A stretch of DNA of 64,000 nucleotides from Trypanosoma brucei (Eukaryota). The stretch spans positions 704,001 to 768,000 of the forward strand of contig CP000068.1 of assembly GCA_000002445.1 (NCBI GenBank). The letters are read 5' to 3'. Both the position numbers and the translations under genes were made by a program. The notes under the pieces are model-generated. The model did no database searches. It was not told the origin of the DNA and saw only the letters and a list, made by a program, of their open reading frames with translations. Positions 20,866 to 34,800 of this stretch are shown here, in pieces. Each line of letters starts with the position of its first letter. Positions within the stretch are counted from its first letter, which is position 1.

Positions 20866-23076
20866 ATGTTGTGCGCGTTGGATGACACTTGGGCAGATTG
20901 TCTTGATGAGTTTAAATTGGCCCTTTCCTCCACGGGAAATACGTGGAAATGTGAATCATTAGCGGGTGTCGATAAGGAGGCGATGCTCAGCGCTCCAGAG
21001 GTGATGGATGCCAAGACGGACCCAGGATGCGGATATGCTCAAATCCGCTCGCTCAACGACCTCCTCGCGAAAGGGGACATTCCTTCGGCTGCAACACTGC
21101 AGGGACAGGAATTACTGGACGTCATGGACCTCATTCTTGCTAAGGAACTACAATATCTTCAGGGATTTTCCCTTACTTCGGGTTGTCTTGCCTTCCCGTA
21201 TTTTTTCAAGATGGATTTACTAAAGGAGCAGAATCCTGTGTTGCATGCGTATTGCCGAGGTGTTGTGAGGACCGTAGAGATTGTGCTGCGTGCGGTCATG
21301 ACGACTGGGATCCGCAGCGATGAGGAGTTTGTGCCATGGATAAGGGAGATGGAAAGCGAGGAAAACGTGCCCGATGAGCAGATTCTTTGTCAACTTGAGG
21401 AGGCTGCATGCAAGGCAGACTCACCTGCCGTTGCGACGCGGTTGCGTTGGCGCATGGACTTTCTTTCTGCGCTCCGGTTGTTTGTTGTTGTTGAGGGAAA
21501 AGCGGCTGTTGAGGAGGCATGCGGTATATGCAGCGCGGCGCAGGAGCTGTTGAATTCAGATGACTATGCGCGTACTTTTGAGCCCGTGCAGGATGGCCGT
21601 TTTTTCCGCGAGACTGAGGTTGCGTATTGGGCGAGTGGTTTCACTCCAACAAAACCAATGCCCGTTGCTCCCTTTTGTGAGGTGGTGCAGTCGTACACGA
21701 CAACGCTGCAGCAGTTGGCTTCACTCAAAGATTTGTTCAGTTTACCGTCTATTCAAGCCATCTTGGAATATATCGAGTCTATCGGGGCGCAGAAGCCGCT
21801 GCTTCCAGTGCGAGCAATTGCAGTAATCGCACTATTTCGCAGTAATCCAAGTGAGTCTTTTCTTTATGGTCCTTCCTTGAGCCATCGCGTTCTTGAAGAC
21901 TTGTCAACAAGTTACGGCGCCCCCCTTTATCTTGGAATAATGGAGGGAAAGGAGGAATTACTCGAGGGTGTGGTGAAGTATCGCCTTCACAAGGGAATGG
22001 ACCACCGCAAAGTAACACCTCAACAAACCGAGTTCCTCCGCCAGCACACCGTAGATGCTGTACGTAGTTGGGCAAGAGAAATGGAAAAGGTATATCTTAT
22101 TCATATGGAGTGTATGCTCTGCAACCGGGGTCTTGCCCACCGCCGGCTTATGAATGTGCTGCCCCAACTAGGGGGACTGCAGGAAATGTCGTACAGCACT
22201 GACATTAACATTTTTCTTTCTCAGACCCCGGGGTTGGCTGCGGACTTGCAGAACGAAGCTATCAAGCGAACATCAATACTTACAATGTACGCTAACCAAC
22301 ATGTTTTGCATGTGATGGAGCTTATTTTCTCCCTTACGGTTGAACTTGATCTCTTTACGCAGGGAGAGCTTGTACCCGCACTTTGGTATATGAATTTTAT
22401 ACAGCGGCTGCAGGTGGAGAACCTCTTAAATTTATCTCCGCCATATGGCGCTTTAATTCCTGAAACCCGTATAAACCGGGTAACGAAGGTACCACTGTAT
22501 AATCTGGCCCTAAGCACTCGTACCTCAGGGAATGTGGACACACTTCGTGTTGCCATTTTGGAGACGGGTCGGCAGATTACTGATGCTCTTTTCCGTGCCG
22601 CATGCGTGATGGAGGCCAAGGGGCTTATCGACTTCAAAACTCAGGGAAAGTACTCACTTACTACGGTGGAGAGAGTGTTTAACAACCGCATGAAATGCTT
22701 GGGCCACATCCGCAGCCCAACCTTTGTGCCATACGGCTACTGTGTGTCTGCCAAACCTAACTTTTCCTCAACTAATGACGGGGATCCACCGAAAATTTCA
22801 CATTACGCTCACGAAGCAGGCGTGCAGGCGCTTAATGCGGCAGAGCGATTGAAACATCTGCTAGCGATGAAGGGCCTCGATGGGGCGCGCGGGAGAGCTT
22901 TGTACGAACACATCAAGGCAATGGAAAAGACAGCGCGGGCGATAAATGCGTCTTTGGCATCATTTGTTGGTGTGTGTGACGATGAGGAGGCATTGAAGGG
23001 GTATGCCGTGGAGGTTTGTCGACCCTTCCATTCCTGTATGATATGCCTCACCTTAAGGAAGAGGACAACCGCTTGA
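20866..23076 (+). CDS. hypothetical protein, possibly Mak10/Naa35-like (NatC auxiliary subunit)
   Basis: At 736 aa the size matches Naa35. The N-terminal motif EAMLSAPEVMDAKTD resembles the Mak10 N-terminal motif (EAMSAIEMMDPKMD in the metazoan protein, from my memory). Identification is tentative. Confidence 0.5.
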   Translation: MLCALDDTWADCLDEFKLALSSTGNTWKCESLAGVDKEAMLSAPEVMDAKTDPGCGYAQIRSLNDLLAKGDIPSAATLQGQELLDVMDLILAKELQYLQGFSLTSGCLAFPYFFKMDLLKEQNPVLHAYCRGVVRTVEIVLRAVMTTGIRSDEEFVPWIREMESEENVPDEQILCQLEEAACKADSPAVATRLRWRMDFLSALRLFVVVEGKAAVEEACGICSAAQELLNSDDYARTFEPVQDGRFFRETEVAYWASGFTPTKPMPVAPFCEVVQSYTTTLQQLASLKDLFSLPSIQAILEYIESIGAQKPLLPVRAIAVIALFRSNPSESFLYGPSLSHRVLEDLSTSYGAPLYLGIMEGKEELLEGVVKYRLHKGMDHRKVTPQQTEFLRQHTVDAVRSWAREMEKVYLIHMECMLCNRGLAHRRLMNVLPQLGGLQEMSYSTDINIFLSQTPGLAADLQNEAIKRTSILTMYANQHVLHVMELIFSLTVELDLFTQGELVPALWYMNFIQRLQVENLLNLSPPYGALIPETRINRVTKVPLYNLALSTRTSGNVDTLRVAILETGRQITDALFRAACVMEAKGLIDFKTQGKYSLTTVERVFNNRMKCLGHIRSPTFVPYGYCVSAKPNFSSTNDGDPPKISHYAHEAGVQALNAAERLKHLLAMKGLDGARGRALYEHIKAMEKTARAINASLASFVGVCDDEEALKGYAVEVCRPFHSCMICLTLRKRTTA

Positions 23077-24342
23077 CCTATACACGCAAAGAAAAAAAAT
23101 CCAGTTGGAATGGTATGCGACTTCCCACCGTTTTCATGCTATTCTTTGTTTTCCCCTATTTTTTTAAAAAAGTTTTCTTTTAATTTTTTTTTCTCTTCGC
23201 GTGCGAAACCAACGTTATGCTTTTTGTGGTTCTTTTCACTCACTGTCGGCACCGCCAGCGGATGGCGTCCGCTTTCTGTGGTTGTTTCTACAGTGTTTCG
23301 ACTCCCAGTTCTGGGGTGTACTTTTTGAGTGAGGTACTGAAAGGTTATTTATTAATTTATTTTTTGCACGTGAGAAGAAAAAATAAGAAAAGGAAATGAA
23401 AGGAAAAAGGGAGAAGATGTTTGGCGGTGTGAGCGTTGGTGTGATATGAATTTGAAAAAGGAACAGGAATGTTGTGGAGGAGCATATGGGATAAGGCACG
23501 TGGGAACTGTGGAGTTGTTTTATTCTCTTTTATGATCCTTCCTATCTTGAGGAACACTGGCAGGGATGCATAAACATTGTTTTACCTGTTTCTTCTTCTT
23601 CTTCTTTTTTTCTTTTTGTGGAGGACGCCACACTGTTATCGCTGCTAAAGTATGTTGTCACCACCGAGCGGCATTTGCGTTTAATGTGTGTGACCGCGGG
23701 ATATTTAATAGGGGGTGGATGCTCGAAGACCGAGTTAGTTAGGAACTGGGGATTAATATACGTACACATTAAAAGAATGATACAAAACGGAAGGGAGAAG
23801 TGGAGGAAAGGGATATTTAAGAAGAAAAGAAGAAAGAAGAAATATTTTCTCTCTTTTTTCTTGTTTTACATAGCGGCAGGACGTAACTCATTTTCTTAGT
23901 TTTCAAGTTATCACTGTCCTTTCAATACTTTTATTGATTTTTTGTATATTTTAGTTTTATATCACTGGCTGCACGTACAACTCTACCTCAAAAGAACCCT
24001 TCTTCTGTTTTCCCCCTTTCTTCTGAACGGTAAATATTCTTGTTTATAATTATATTCACACGCATGTTAGCAGTTGACGTTGACGGTACCACAGTCTTAG
24101 AAAATCGGGTCACGCTTTTTCCCACTTTTGCACAAGAGCGCTGGTGGAGAGAAGGGTAAGCGGACATATTCGTACGGTAATCGCGTAGCAAACTCAAATC
24201 AAAACAAAAAAAAAATAAAAAAAAGAGGAAAAGACAACACCAAACCGAAAAAGGTTGTAAAGGATACGGCTTTGAAGTCAACAGAAAGGGGGTGTATAGG
24301 TGTGAAGGAGGTAGAAATATACGTTTTATTGATCAGTTAACG

Positions 24343-24564
24343 ATGAGTGGCATTCGAGTGGCGATCTTCTCCAAATATTTTGCGGCGGGTGTCACAGTGG
24401 GGGCGCTGTTATGCTCACGGCACTGCTCATGGATGTTAGCAACACATCATGCGGATATTCAACAACACTACGGCAATATTATGAGGTACGCTGAGCAGGT
24501 CACATCACTGGAGGAGATGTTGGGCATACATGAAAAGACAACGGGGGATGCCAGGAACGGATGA
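24343..24564 (+). CDS. candidate small ORF (73 aa, one predicted TM helix)
   Basis: MSGIRVAIFSKYFAAGVTVGALLCSRHC... has a hydrophobic segment consistent with a single TM. It lies alone in a 2.8-kb gap. There is no homology evidence and it could be spurious. Confidence 0.15.
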   Translation: MSGIRVAIFSKYFAAGVTVGALLCSRHCSWMLATHHADIQQHYGNIMRYAEQVTSLEEMLGIHEKTTGDARNG

Positions 24565-25387
24565 TGCGCGCCGTCAGTTTCCTCGGCGAAAAAAACAAAC
24601 GAAATTACACGTGAGATGGTTTCATGAATGTTCTTTTTCTCTTTTGTTGTTTTTTTTTTTTCCCTCCTATTACTTGTTTCCTTTCAATGCATACATGAGT
24701 ATATAGGTGGTAACCTTTTTTTTTGGTGGGGGGGGGGGTAAGAGGGGACACTGTTTTCATTTGATAGAGGAACTAATGTTTCTTGGTTCGTGCCGGGTAT
24801 TTGCGTGACTGTCTTTAGTTTTTATTGTTCTTATTTATTTTTTAAAAAAAAGGTACTGGTCATTTTGCTAGTGACAACAGCCAAGGAGGTGTGTGCGAGA
24901 GTTACTTTTTTTTTTTAGAAAAAAAGGGAGGAGGGGATGTTTCGAAAAGAGAATAATATGGACTGAAGAGTTCCGTTTACAAGGACGATTACGTTTTTAC
25001 GGGCGTTGTGGGGTTTAATAGATATACCACGAGTCGAAATCAAGGCTAGCGAGATATGCATAGTACTCACCCACCTCTCTCTCTCTCTCTAAAAAGAAAT
25101 AATAATAAAAAAGCAGAAGCCTTTGTTGTTTTTGACACGTAGAGTATTTTCCATTTTTTTTACTTAATATTCTGCTATTCCTGTGCTATTTTTGTTTTTT
25201 TTGTCATTCCGCACTCAGTGCGTTTAACCAGCTTCTCCATTGTTCAGTAACTTCACTGGTTTTAAAGTATATAGTTATATAGAAAAGTGAAACGGTTCGC
25301 GCGACTATGAAAGGATCGTATAATATTTTCTGTTTCTCTCCATTGTTTTTTGTTTTTTTCTGCAGTCTGTGATTTCTTAAGTGCGCC

Positions 25388-25482
25388 CCTCTCCATTTCC
25401 CTTTATTTTGTTTTTAATGTTTGCTCGTCTTTCCTTTTCTATTTTTTCTCTTGTCTTTTTGGTGTTTTTCCCTCCGGGATCA
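25388..25482 (+). promoter_or_regulatory. polypyrimidine tract: putative trans-splice acceptor region for the giant gene, followed by an about 350-nt purine-rich leader
   Basis: About 90 nt of almost pure C/T, then AG at 25481-25482. The 25500-25845 region is strikingly GA-rich (aaaggaaaggaaaag...) up to the ATG at 25846. Confidence 0.3.
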
Positions 25483-25845
25483 GTTCCCCGACTACTCACG
25501 GTGAATAGGTGGAGCGAGTCGAAGGAAAGAGAAGGGGGAATACAAACGAAAAGCAACTTCAAACCAAACGGAAGGACAACAACAACAGAAAACAAATCAA
25601 AAGTTCAACATCCAGCACGTCGCTGTCGTTACCTCCTCAGCGGTGCACGAGAGTGAAGGTGGAAAGGTGGCGGTGGCGGTGGGACAAAACAAAAAGGAAA
25701 GGAAAGAAAAGTGAAACAAAAAGTGAATAATAATCGATAGTTTACTCCCCTCCGGGGAGAAAAAGGAGGGAAACAAAACAAAAACAAAAAACAAAAGTGA
25801 AAAGGAAAGGAAAAGGGAGAAGGGAAAACAAGAGAAAAAAGGTAG

Positions 25846-28800
25846 ATGGCTGCTCGGTTGGAGGCAATTGCAGCAGAATACTTTCTGCCTGCAAAACCTG
25901 AGAACCGTACGAGGGAAGGAGACAGCGTTAGCAGCAAGGGTGGTAAGATAACACACACCTCTGCTGAAGCAGCGGCAGGAAATAGCGGTCAATACCCACC
26001 AACTTCTTCACAGGAATCCGAAACGGATAAGAAGCGCGGTGGTGTTAGCGAAGATGACTGTGGAAAGTCTTCAACACCTTTAGCATTGCTTGACAGCGCA
26101 CATATTCTTCCCCCTCTCATGCTCTATTTTGAATGCCTACCAACGGAATGGGAAACAACGCCTGCTGTATCCGCAAATCAACCAGCGGTTCCAGGTTTAG
26201 TGCGGACATCGGCGTCAGGTGGCGTGCCAACAGGGTGTGAAGTTGCGTGGCAACGCCCAAGGCAATTCGGATCGGATCCTAGTGATAAATCTTTTTGTGC
26301 AAAGTGGTATGGAAAGCGTAGGAGGCAGGGCACTCAGAAAGAAATGGGAGCCGCGGTCTCATGTGAAGATAGGTATAGGGGAAGGCAGCGAGTACAATCG
26401 GACAATGGCCTCTGGAGGTGGTGTGATGACATGGATGTGTTTGCAAACTTTGCACAGCCCCCGTTGAGTGTTGTTTGCGCTTCGTATGAGATGCTGGACG
26501 AAAGGCACCAACGTGGTCTTAACGCGGTCACCACACTAGTAGAAAAGTGCAACGACTCTTTTCATCGCGAGCAGTGGGTCACGGCGACCTCGTTGTCCAT
26601 GCAGCGCCCACCATTTGGGTTCGGAAGCACTGAGGCAGGCACTTCTACTAATGCTGGTTCCATGCCTGCTTGTGCCTCAACCCCGACACCGACTCTTACA
26701 GACTATCGTAGTTCCATTGTAAACTCTCTTAACAGTTTTTTGCGTAGCTTGAGCAAGCGCGGTGACCAAGTTCTCGTGTTGCATATAATTATACGAGTGG
26801 CCACGTGGCGGTTTTGTAGTAGGAACGAGAGGGTTACTCTTTTATTTAATCACATCCACGCATGTTTGCCGACTGTTCACCCATCAACGGCAACTCTAGC
26901 AATGGAAGCGTGGGCGCAACTTCACGCGATAGGGGCAAGCTCCACGGTATACTTGAAAATTGCGACCGAGATGTTGCGACTGGCATGCACTTTTATAAGT
27001 GATGTGAGTGTGCCTGCGGGCCAAGTTAGTGGGTTTATTATGATCCACCACATAGCGCAGTGGCCTTACTTGCTATATCGTACTTTACTGCGTGACGAAA
27101 GAGATCGGCTCTTGCTCGTGATATGGAAATCATTGATGAGCACTCACCAGCCACACGTGCGCGAGTTGGCGGCAGTGGCGCTGCGAAGCTTGTTTATTCT
27201 GGATATCGTACGGGGAAGTTATTCTTGTATGCGCGAGTTGTTGGACCGAGCTGCTTTACTTGTACTATCACCCGGTGACCACCAAAAGGCACCTTTATCT
27301 TCTCCACGTACTGCACCAGTCACCAAAGGTGCCGCCCATAAGTCACAGCGTGCAACACCGTTAGGCACTTCGTTAAAACAGTTGGAAGCACCCCTTTTAG
27401 TGGGCGAAACCGCTTGTACTCCGAGGGCTGTTGTTGGCACTGAATCTGTCGGTACTGGACAATGTTGTCGAGAGGGCACCTCATGTACAATTACACTCCC
27501 GAGTATCCCTTTTTTTGGGTGCACGATAGCCCGTCAATATTGTTTGAACTGGAATTCATCATCTGGTGACGGTGGTGCGACTTTAGTTGCCACGGAAAGC
27601 GGTAGTAGTGGAGGGGACTTGCTGAGGCCGGCTGCAGAAGAGGCTGTTGTTGTCGCGAAGGGTGAACTGGGGAATGTAGAGGGGCGTTGTTTTGTACCGC
27701 GGTTATCCCCTCCTGCTAATGACGAACCATTTTTGTGCGGGTATATTAAACAAGTTGATCCGGCCAATAAGCGCTTTAAGAACCGGTTGGCAACGATCGC
27801 CCCGTCTCACAACGCGGATACCAACTTGCATGCTAGCACCCTCGTGATTGGAGCGTTCGTGAGTGCCCTGCGTTCCTGTGCTGCCTTCCTTGAAATTCCT
27901 CCCTTAGTTGGTGCAGAAGATACACAACCTGGTGTGGCCACAGGTCTACGAGGTGCTAACGGAGGCGAAACCGTGTCTGTCAGTGAAGCACAGGGAGGTC
28001 CTCCGTGTTCGTCTGAGAGTAGCGAGGAAACCGATTCATGCAGGAGATCAACCAGTCTTGCCGGTAGCAGCCCTTTGTATGACACTGCTGGCGGTGCCAA
28101 AACCACTTTGTCGATTGCAGCCGTGATGGAGCACCTTGACGAAACTTCACTAGGGCGGTCACCACCAAAAGGGGGAAAATATCACGCGGCGCCAAATACT
28201 GGGGATCGGCGATCGCTCGGTTATCCTTCTCGGAGTCAGGAGGGGCAGGGCTCTGCACCAGCGGTCCCTGATGATACCAGAAAGGTCAAAGAATTGGTGT
28301 TGTGGAGGTTATTCCCAGTGCAACCACTTCTCCAATGCTTAGCGCGTGAACGACAGGATAAATCAAGCTCTTTATGGCATGTCGAGCGACTGGTTGCTGT
28401 TTTGGCACTTTATGGTCTTCATACTCTGAAGGAGGGTGAAATTCGTGGAGCTTTAGACATGCTTTTAAGAAGGGCTAAGGTGGCGCATAGGAAGGCTGCG
28501 GCTGGTAAACAGCAGCAGGAGGCGTGTGTTCTACACGTAGCCCTTCCTGCATCTGCCGCTTTTGGTAACTCCACAGTTGGTGGTGGAGTCGGCAGTATTG
28601 CTGGAGACACAGTTGGGACCAGTGAGAAAGACATGTACACACTGTCTCTCGTCAACTTGTCTCTTTTTCTTTCAGCTATTGCAGTGAAGTATCCGCAACT
28701 GTTTGAGGTTACGTTTGTAAGCCATATTTACCCGATGCTTTTCTACGCTCTTCAGCAGGCAACACCAGCTTACTGTCCCGCCGCCAGTGCAGTTCTCGCT

Positions 28801-31800
28801 TTACTGGTACACAACTTTCCCGTATCAAGTCGTGACCGGTTGCAACCCATCGTAGAGCGACTCACTGGTATCGCTACTTCAATGCCTTTCAGCACACATA
28901 CACTGGGGGCTACCGCAAAAATTTGTGGTGTTTACAGAGAAATGCGGCTTCATTGCTGCCTCGCTTTGTTGCAGCGTATTGCTGAAGTATTGAACGATAA
29001 TGGGCCGGTGATCGTGCGGGGCGCCAGGGACACGGCGGTAAGCGATATGGAGAGGGAGTCCGTCTGCACCGATTTCCCCCTGAAGAGCGCATCCGACACC
29101 AGGAGGAAGATTGTTTGCTTTCGTGTGCTTCACACTGTATGCATGGAGTGGGAGGGCACCGCTCTATTTTTCCTTGAGGTGTGTGCTCCATATTTACATC
29201 ATCAGAACACCGTCCTCAGGCGTGCGTGCGTGCAATCATGTGTACGTCTGCTACTGTCGGATTGTTTCCTTTCAAGAGCCGAGAGAGTGGGCGGTTCACC
29301 ACTGAGTGATGCGCTGGATGGTGAAGTGGAGCAGATGGCAGCGTGCGCCGTGAAGTGCCTGTGGGATGGAGACTTGAAAATCGGGTCTCTCTGCGCTCCG
29401 TGCAATCCGACACTATACAGGAGCGAGAGAAACGGGATTATCACCTCCGAGACCCGAGCGTACCCCTTCCTTGCACATGCGTTTGATAACGTTAATTTGT
29501 GCGACGTAGGGAACGTCCGTCGTGGTTTCGGTGACGATGGCGACACCAACAGCGAAGATGAAAACAACCTTAATCTTGACCGAGCGCTAGAGTGCTCACC
29601 GCTTGAGTCGTCAAACCATGACGCAACCTTCACGTGCGAGCGCCACACAGGGCGGTCCCATAACAATATTTTGCGCGAAGTGTTGCATCGCCTCGTTGTG
29701 GTTGCGTTGTGCGACCCCGATGAAACCATACGTCACTCGGCACTCAATAGTCTTACCAAGGAGACGGATCAGTTTCTTTACACCCACAAGGAGATAGTTG
29801 ACCTAATTTTCTCAGCCCTCAACGATGAGTACCCACCTAATCGATTGCAGGCAGTAAGGATACTACGACGACTTGGACACTACATTCCGATGGTTGTGTA
29901 CCCACGGCTGCGAAAAGTATTTTCGCTAGTGATCCAAGATTTCCACAGCACAATGACCAGCTCGGTGAAAAAATCAAAGGTTGTTCAAAAAGGGGATGAG
30001 TGGGCGGGAGCTCGCGGTAACTGTGAGCTTTCTTATGGTAGTAGTCAGAGCCATAGAGTCAACGCAGATACCCCTACGAACGCATTTACCTCTAACAGCA
30101 CCAGTAATGTCGTGAAGTATAGTGCCGATGAGATGATGCTTCTTTTCGAACTTGTGCAGTCGGTACCAAACTTCATTCCAATTTACATCGATACTATGCT
30201 ACAACTCTTGCAGCAAGTGCTTGTACCCCACGATATGCTGGAACGCGGAACTGTCATTACCGCTCTTCACATTGTTTCTTTCCTCATGGACGAAACCACT
30301 CGGGTGGAATGGCCAAAATTTGAGGTATTACTTAGGCCACTTTCGCAGCAGTTACTGCTGCGTGACAATGACACCAATAGGCTACACGTGGCTATTGGCA
30401 CTTTGCAGAAGCTCATACAATATGTTGTCATTGGAAATCCTTTCGATCAAAGGGATGATTTGAAACTTACTGTTGAGAGCCTTTACTCACTTCTCTACCG
30501 TAGGCCACCTATTGACACTGAGCTTTCCCTCTCGGTGGTTAAGCTCCTGGGGACAATTAGTGCCATTTGCACTGACCGTAAGTTTGACGACCCACAGAGT
30601 ACCCCTCTTCTTACCCTTGCTACACTCAGCGGAAGTCGTGGAAATTTTGGAACCTTCGCTAGCACGTACCAGCTATCCATTCGACCAACTCCGGGCTACG
30701 CGATGTTTCTCAGGGCGGCTCGACCAGAAGCTCCTTTTTATGGTAATGAGGCAAAAAGTGGGCGCAGTTCGCAACTCACCGATTATTTGTGGCCTGATGT
30801 TATGTTGCGTGTGTTGCTCCGAACCCTTTCCGATGCACTTGACGATATTATTGCCTTTACTGACGAGGAACTACAAGCCTGCCTGCAGGCAGCAGTGGCG
30901 GTCCTGCGCAGCTCCGACGCACCTTCAAAGTTGCAACTGTACCTTCCTCCACTATTGAGTGTTCTTGCAGGCTTGCTGGAACGCACAGATGAGGATGCTC
31001 CCCTCCGTGTATATGTCACAGAAAGTATCGTTGAACTAGTAAAGCCGGCCGGACGAACTATTGCTCCGATGTTTGAGCTTCTTGTTGTCTTCCTGAGTGA
31101 GCACCTAATGTCTTCAATTTACACACTTCCAAGTTGTTGCAAGCTTCTGATCGGCCTTTGCGAGGCATCTCCAGATTTGGTTCAAGAGCACTGTGAATGG
31201 TTTGTTTTGCTACTGTTGGGAAAGCTAATGCACCACGTTGAAATGGCGACATCAGCTACAGCCTCCGCGACTATGCAGAGACAGAGACGTAATCAAAAAC
31301 AAGGAGCCCCGCAGCAGATTCCTAATGACTTCGATCCATCACCACAAGACACTATAGCAAGGTCTTATGTACCGGGTTCAGTTATAGGTGTTGTCCTCCA
31401 AGCCGTTCTGGCATTGCTTCCCATTGCCGATGGGTCGACGGTTCATTACGCATGCCTCATGTTTTCACAAATATTGAGGCGTGCGGGCGGCATATCGGAG
31501 CCGCTCATGGTGGGTGAGGAGACTGTAGAGGGTCACACATCGAACGTTACCGTTCCTACGGGACTTAGTGTTGAAGTTATAAGGGGCATTGTGCAAGCCT
31601 TGGTGGACCTTCTTGAAAATTTTGACCTGACAGCAATTTCTATGTTCGTGGTCGAGACGGCACTGCTGCTACTTCGAATCTACGCAAAAGCCGCCCATGG
31701 AGTGACCAACCAGCCTTCTACCAGATGCTCAGAAGAAGAATCGACACGGAGAAACATCTTGTTGGTACCCGCTGGTAACACTCCTAAGATACAGGAGACA

Positions 31801-34800
31801 CCTAAAATAACTTTGGGGAGCTTGCCTTACGGGCACCAAGAACCACCTAAAACATGGTTTAGTCAATCTCCGTTGTCTCGCTTGGTAGTGGAGGAAATTG
31901 TGAACAAGAACACAAGCATCACTTACCGTTTTCCCTTCGATGAAGTGACCACCTCGTGGGAGGCACAAGTGGAAATGGATCTCCTCGCATGCGTGTTCCT
32001 GGTGTGTGGCCGTTGCAGGTTACCGGCTGTGTCGTATGAGTTAGTTGTCGGCGAATATATCGAAGAGCGCTTTCAACCAAGTGAGCGGATAAAAGAGTTC
32101 TTTAGGGCTGTCTCGTCTCCAACTTCCCGTGTTTCTCTTCTTCATGGTAGCCAGCAGAAACCACCTCTAAATTCACCGTTGCGTTCTGACGGTTTCGCGG
32201 CAGAGACGGAGTTACGTGGGGAAACGATAGGTATGACACCATCTTGCGAAAAAACGGCGACTCCCACAAAATTTGAGAGAGCATGGAGCAGCATGCATCA
32301 GTTGGTAAAACATACATGCTTCGACGGAGACATACCGCGGAAGTCCGCCCCCATTCCAATGGGTTCTACAAACTTTCCATCAAGCATGCGGTCTTCTCTA
32401 TTGTCATCGCCGTATCCAACACAAAATGTATCGTCAGTTAGAGATATTTCCGTTTTTGCTGGCAGAGAATCAGGGCCTGGGGTTGGGTGCACCACGCATG
32501 TCACGCCTGCAAGCAACATATCCCCTGTGGCATTTGTTTCTGGGGACCGCTTGCTAGCAAGAGTTGCTTCCAGTTTGTCTGAAAATGAAGAGTTGAGGAG
32601 CCTTGGAAGAAAACGGTTGTCACAAGTCTGTGAATCACCATTCAGTGTTGGTGGTGGCGTAGTGAACTTAAGCGGGCGGGCTCCATCATCAGAAGTTCAA
32701 GCGCTAGCAGATAATGTTTCTCTGGACATTGGGCGGGATTACGATAATGAAAATATGGATGGTGATATAGAGGAGCAGCGCTTTTTCAAATTGCACGAAA
32801 ACCTCTCCAACAGTGAGTGGCGACCTTGGTTTGAGCTGTTCTGCGTTATCCTAGTGGAGTGCAGCGACCACGCATGTGTGAGTAGCTGCACTTCTCTGCT
32901 GAGACGGCATTTCAGTATATTTTCCTCCGATATTCTTCCAGTTGCCTTCCTTTCCCATCTGGTTGCATGCGATTGCAAAAGAATGGTGCGGTGGCTAGAG
33001 CTGCTCCGTGACTTCGCATATGCACACGATTATATTCCCCATACGATAGCAGGGGCACTGGCCCAGCTTGCATACAACGTGCGGTTGACTCGAGAGGCCT
33101 TACTTCCCCCCTCATTGGCGAAAACTGTCGCCGAAGAATTTGTCACCTTGGATCTTGTCGCCACACTCGCCGAAAAAGCGCTTGACGCCCCTCTCGTGCT
33201 TGTGTGCGCTGAGGAGAAATTATTATCTGAATTTTCCTGGGAGGCCGCAGCAAGGTTGTACAGAGCTCTAGAAGATTTAAACTATCCATTTCGTACTAAT
33301 ATTTTGTGCAACCAACCCGGCTTTCGCAACGCCATCCGTAAGTTGATGAGAAACTGCAACGGAGAAAAACAGGAAGAACACTGCTGGGATACTCCAGTGT
33401 GCGCTGCAGATGGCGTGCCTGGAGAAAGTGATCATAACTCACCTTTTCCGTGGGAGGTGGCCGATGACGCCACAAGCGTTTTTGGGCTCTCTCCAATGCT
33501 ATGTGGTGTTTGTCCAGTTGCAACAGACCCTAGCAGTTGGAGGCGAGAAGAGAACACGAAGGTGAAGAAACGTATGCCTCCACCAGTGGTGTTGGAGTTT
33601 GCGTGGCCAGAGGTAGCGTTGGGTCAGTACCTCCGCTTAATTTGCATTGGACTGGATGACGTTCACTCTGAAGAGGCTGTTGGAGGTCATAGTTGCCCAA
33701 CAAGTTTGGGGAGAGAGTTACCAGTCAAAATTTCTTCAAACGATGTAGTAGGAGCGATGCGCTGCTACATGCGGGTGTATGATTTTGAGAGTATTTTAAA
33801 TCTCTGGAAGGTCGTGAAGGGTATCCGACTTCTACGGCGAGCTGACGAGAGAGCAGTTAACAACCGTTTCCATGAAATAGAGCGGTCTTTGCTTCGCACG
33901 ATGTGGCCCACATCTGAGTGTCCGACAGAGGCTCACATTGCAAATTTTGTGGTGTCAGCGGCTAAATCGCTTTCTCGATGGGATGTTGTGAAGGAACTGA
34001 GCTACAACGACTTTCTCCCAGACGGTGAAGGCAACTCCCAGTTCACACAGCCATATAGAAGCTTCCCTTTTTATAAGCAGATGGAAATATCTCGTGCCGC
34101 CGCGTTGGTTAAATCGAAGTGCTATGGTGAGGCGAAAGGGGTGCTAGCCCCTTTACGTGCCGCTTTAAGGGATTCATACACCGTATTCTACACTGAAAAT
34201 GCGCGACTCAAAATTGAACTGAGTGTTATGTTTCAGGAAATATCGGACCTCGAGGAAGGCATCAACGCCATAGAGCTTAAGAGAACCACAGGAGGTGCTA
34301 GCAGTGATTTTCCAGCCGGCAGTGGACCCCTTCCTGGCATAGGCACTTCCCATTCAGTGGGCAATTCCGTTTGTGCTTCGCCCGAACTGTGTGGAGAGGG
34401 GAGGGCTGACTATTCACCCTCTTACGCTGGAACGCATGCCGGTCACGAGCAACACTACAGCCAGGGGAAAAGATGTATGGCTTATACGGAGGCCACGATG
34501 CGTCGCCTACAGAACATTGCTGGTCGTCTTCTTCCTGAACACAGCACTATTCTTCAGCGGTTTGAGATAATAGCCCTCCGAAGCACCCTCGGTCCTCCGG
34601 AATGGCAACTGCAAAATATTCTGATATTGTGTGAACGCATTGCCGAAGAGGGTAAACCACGACGTGCTGTACAAGCGATTGAACATTTTCTTACCCCTCC
34701 TATCGATGATGCTGATCGGGAAGGATATCGCGAATACAGAAGTAGTTTAATGTTGGAAAAGTACCGTATCGGACTGCAACACCTGTGTGACCCGCAAGAT

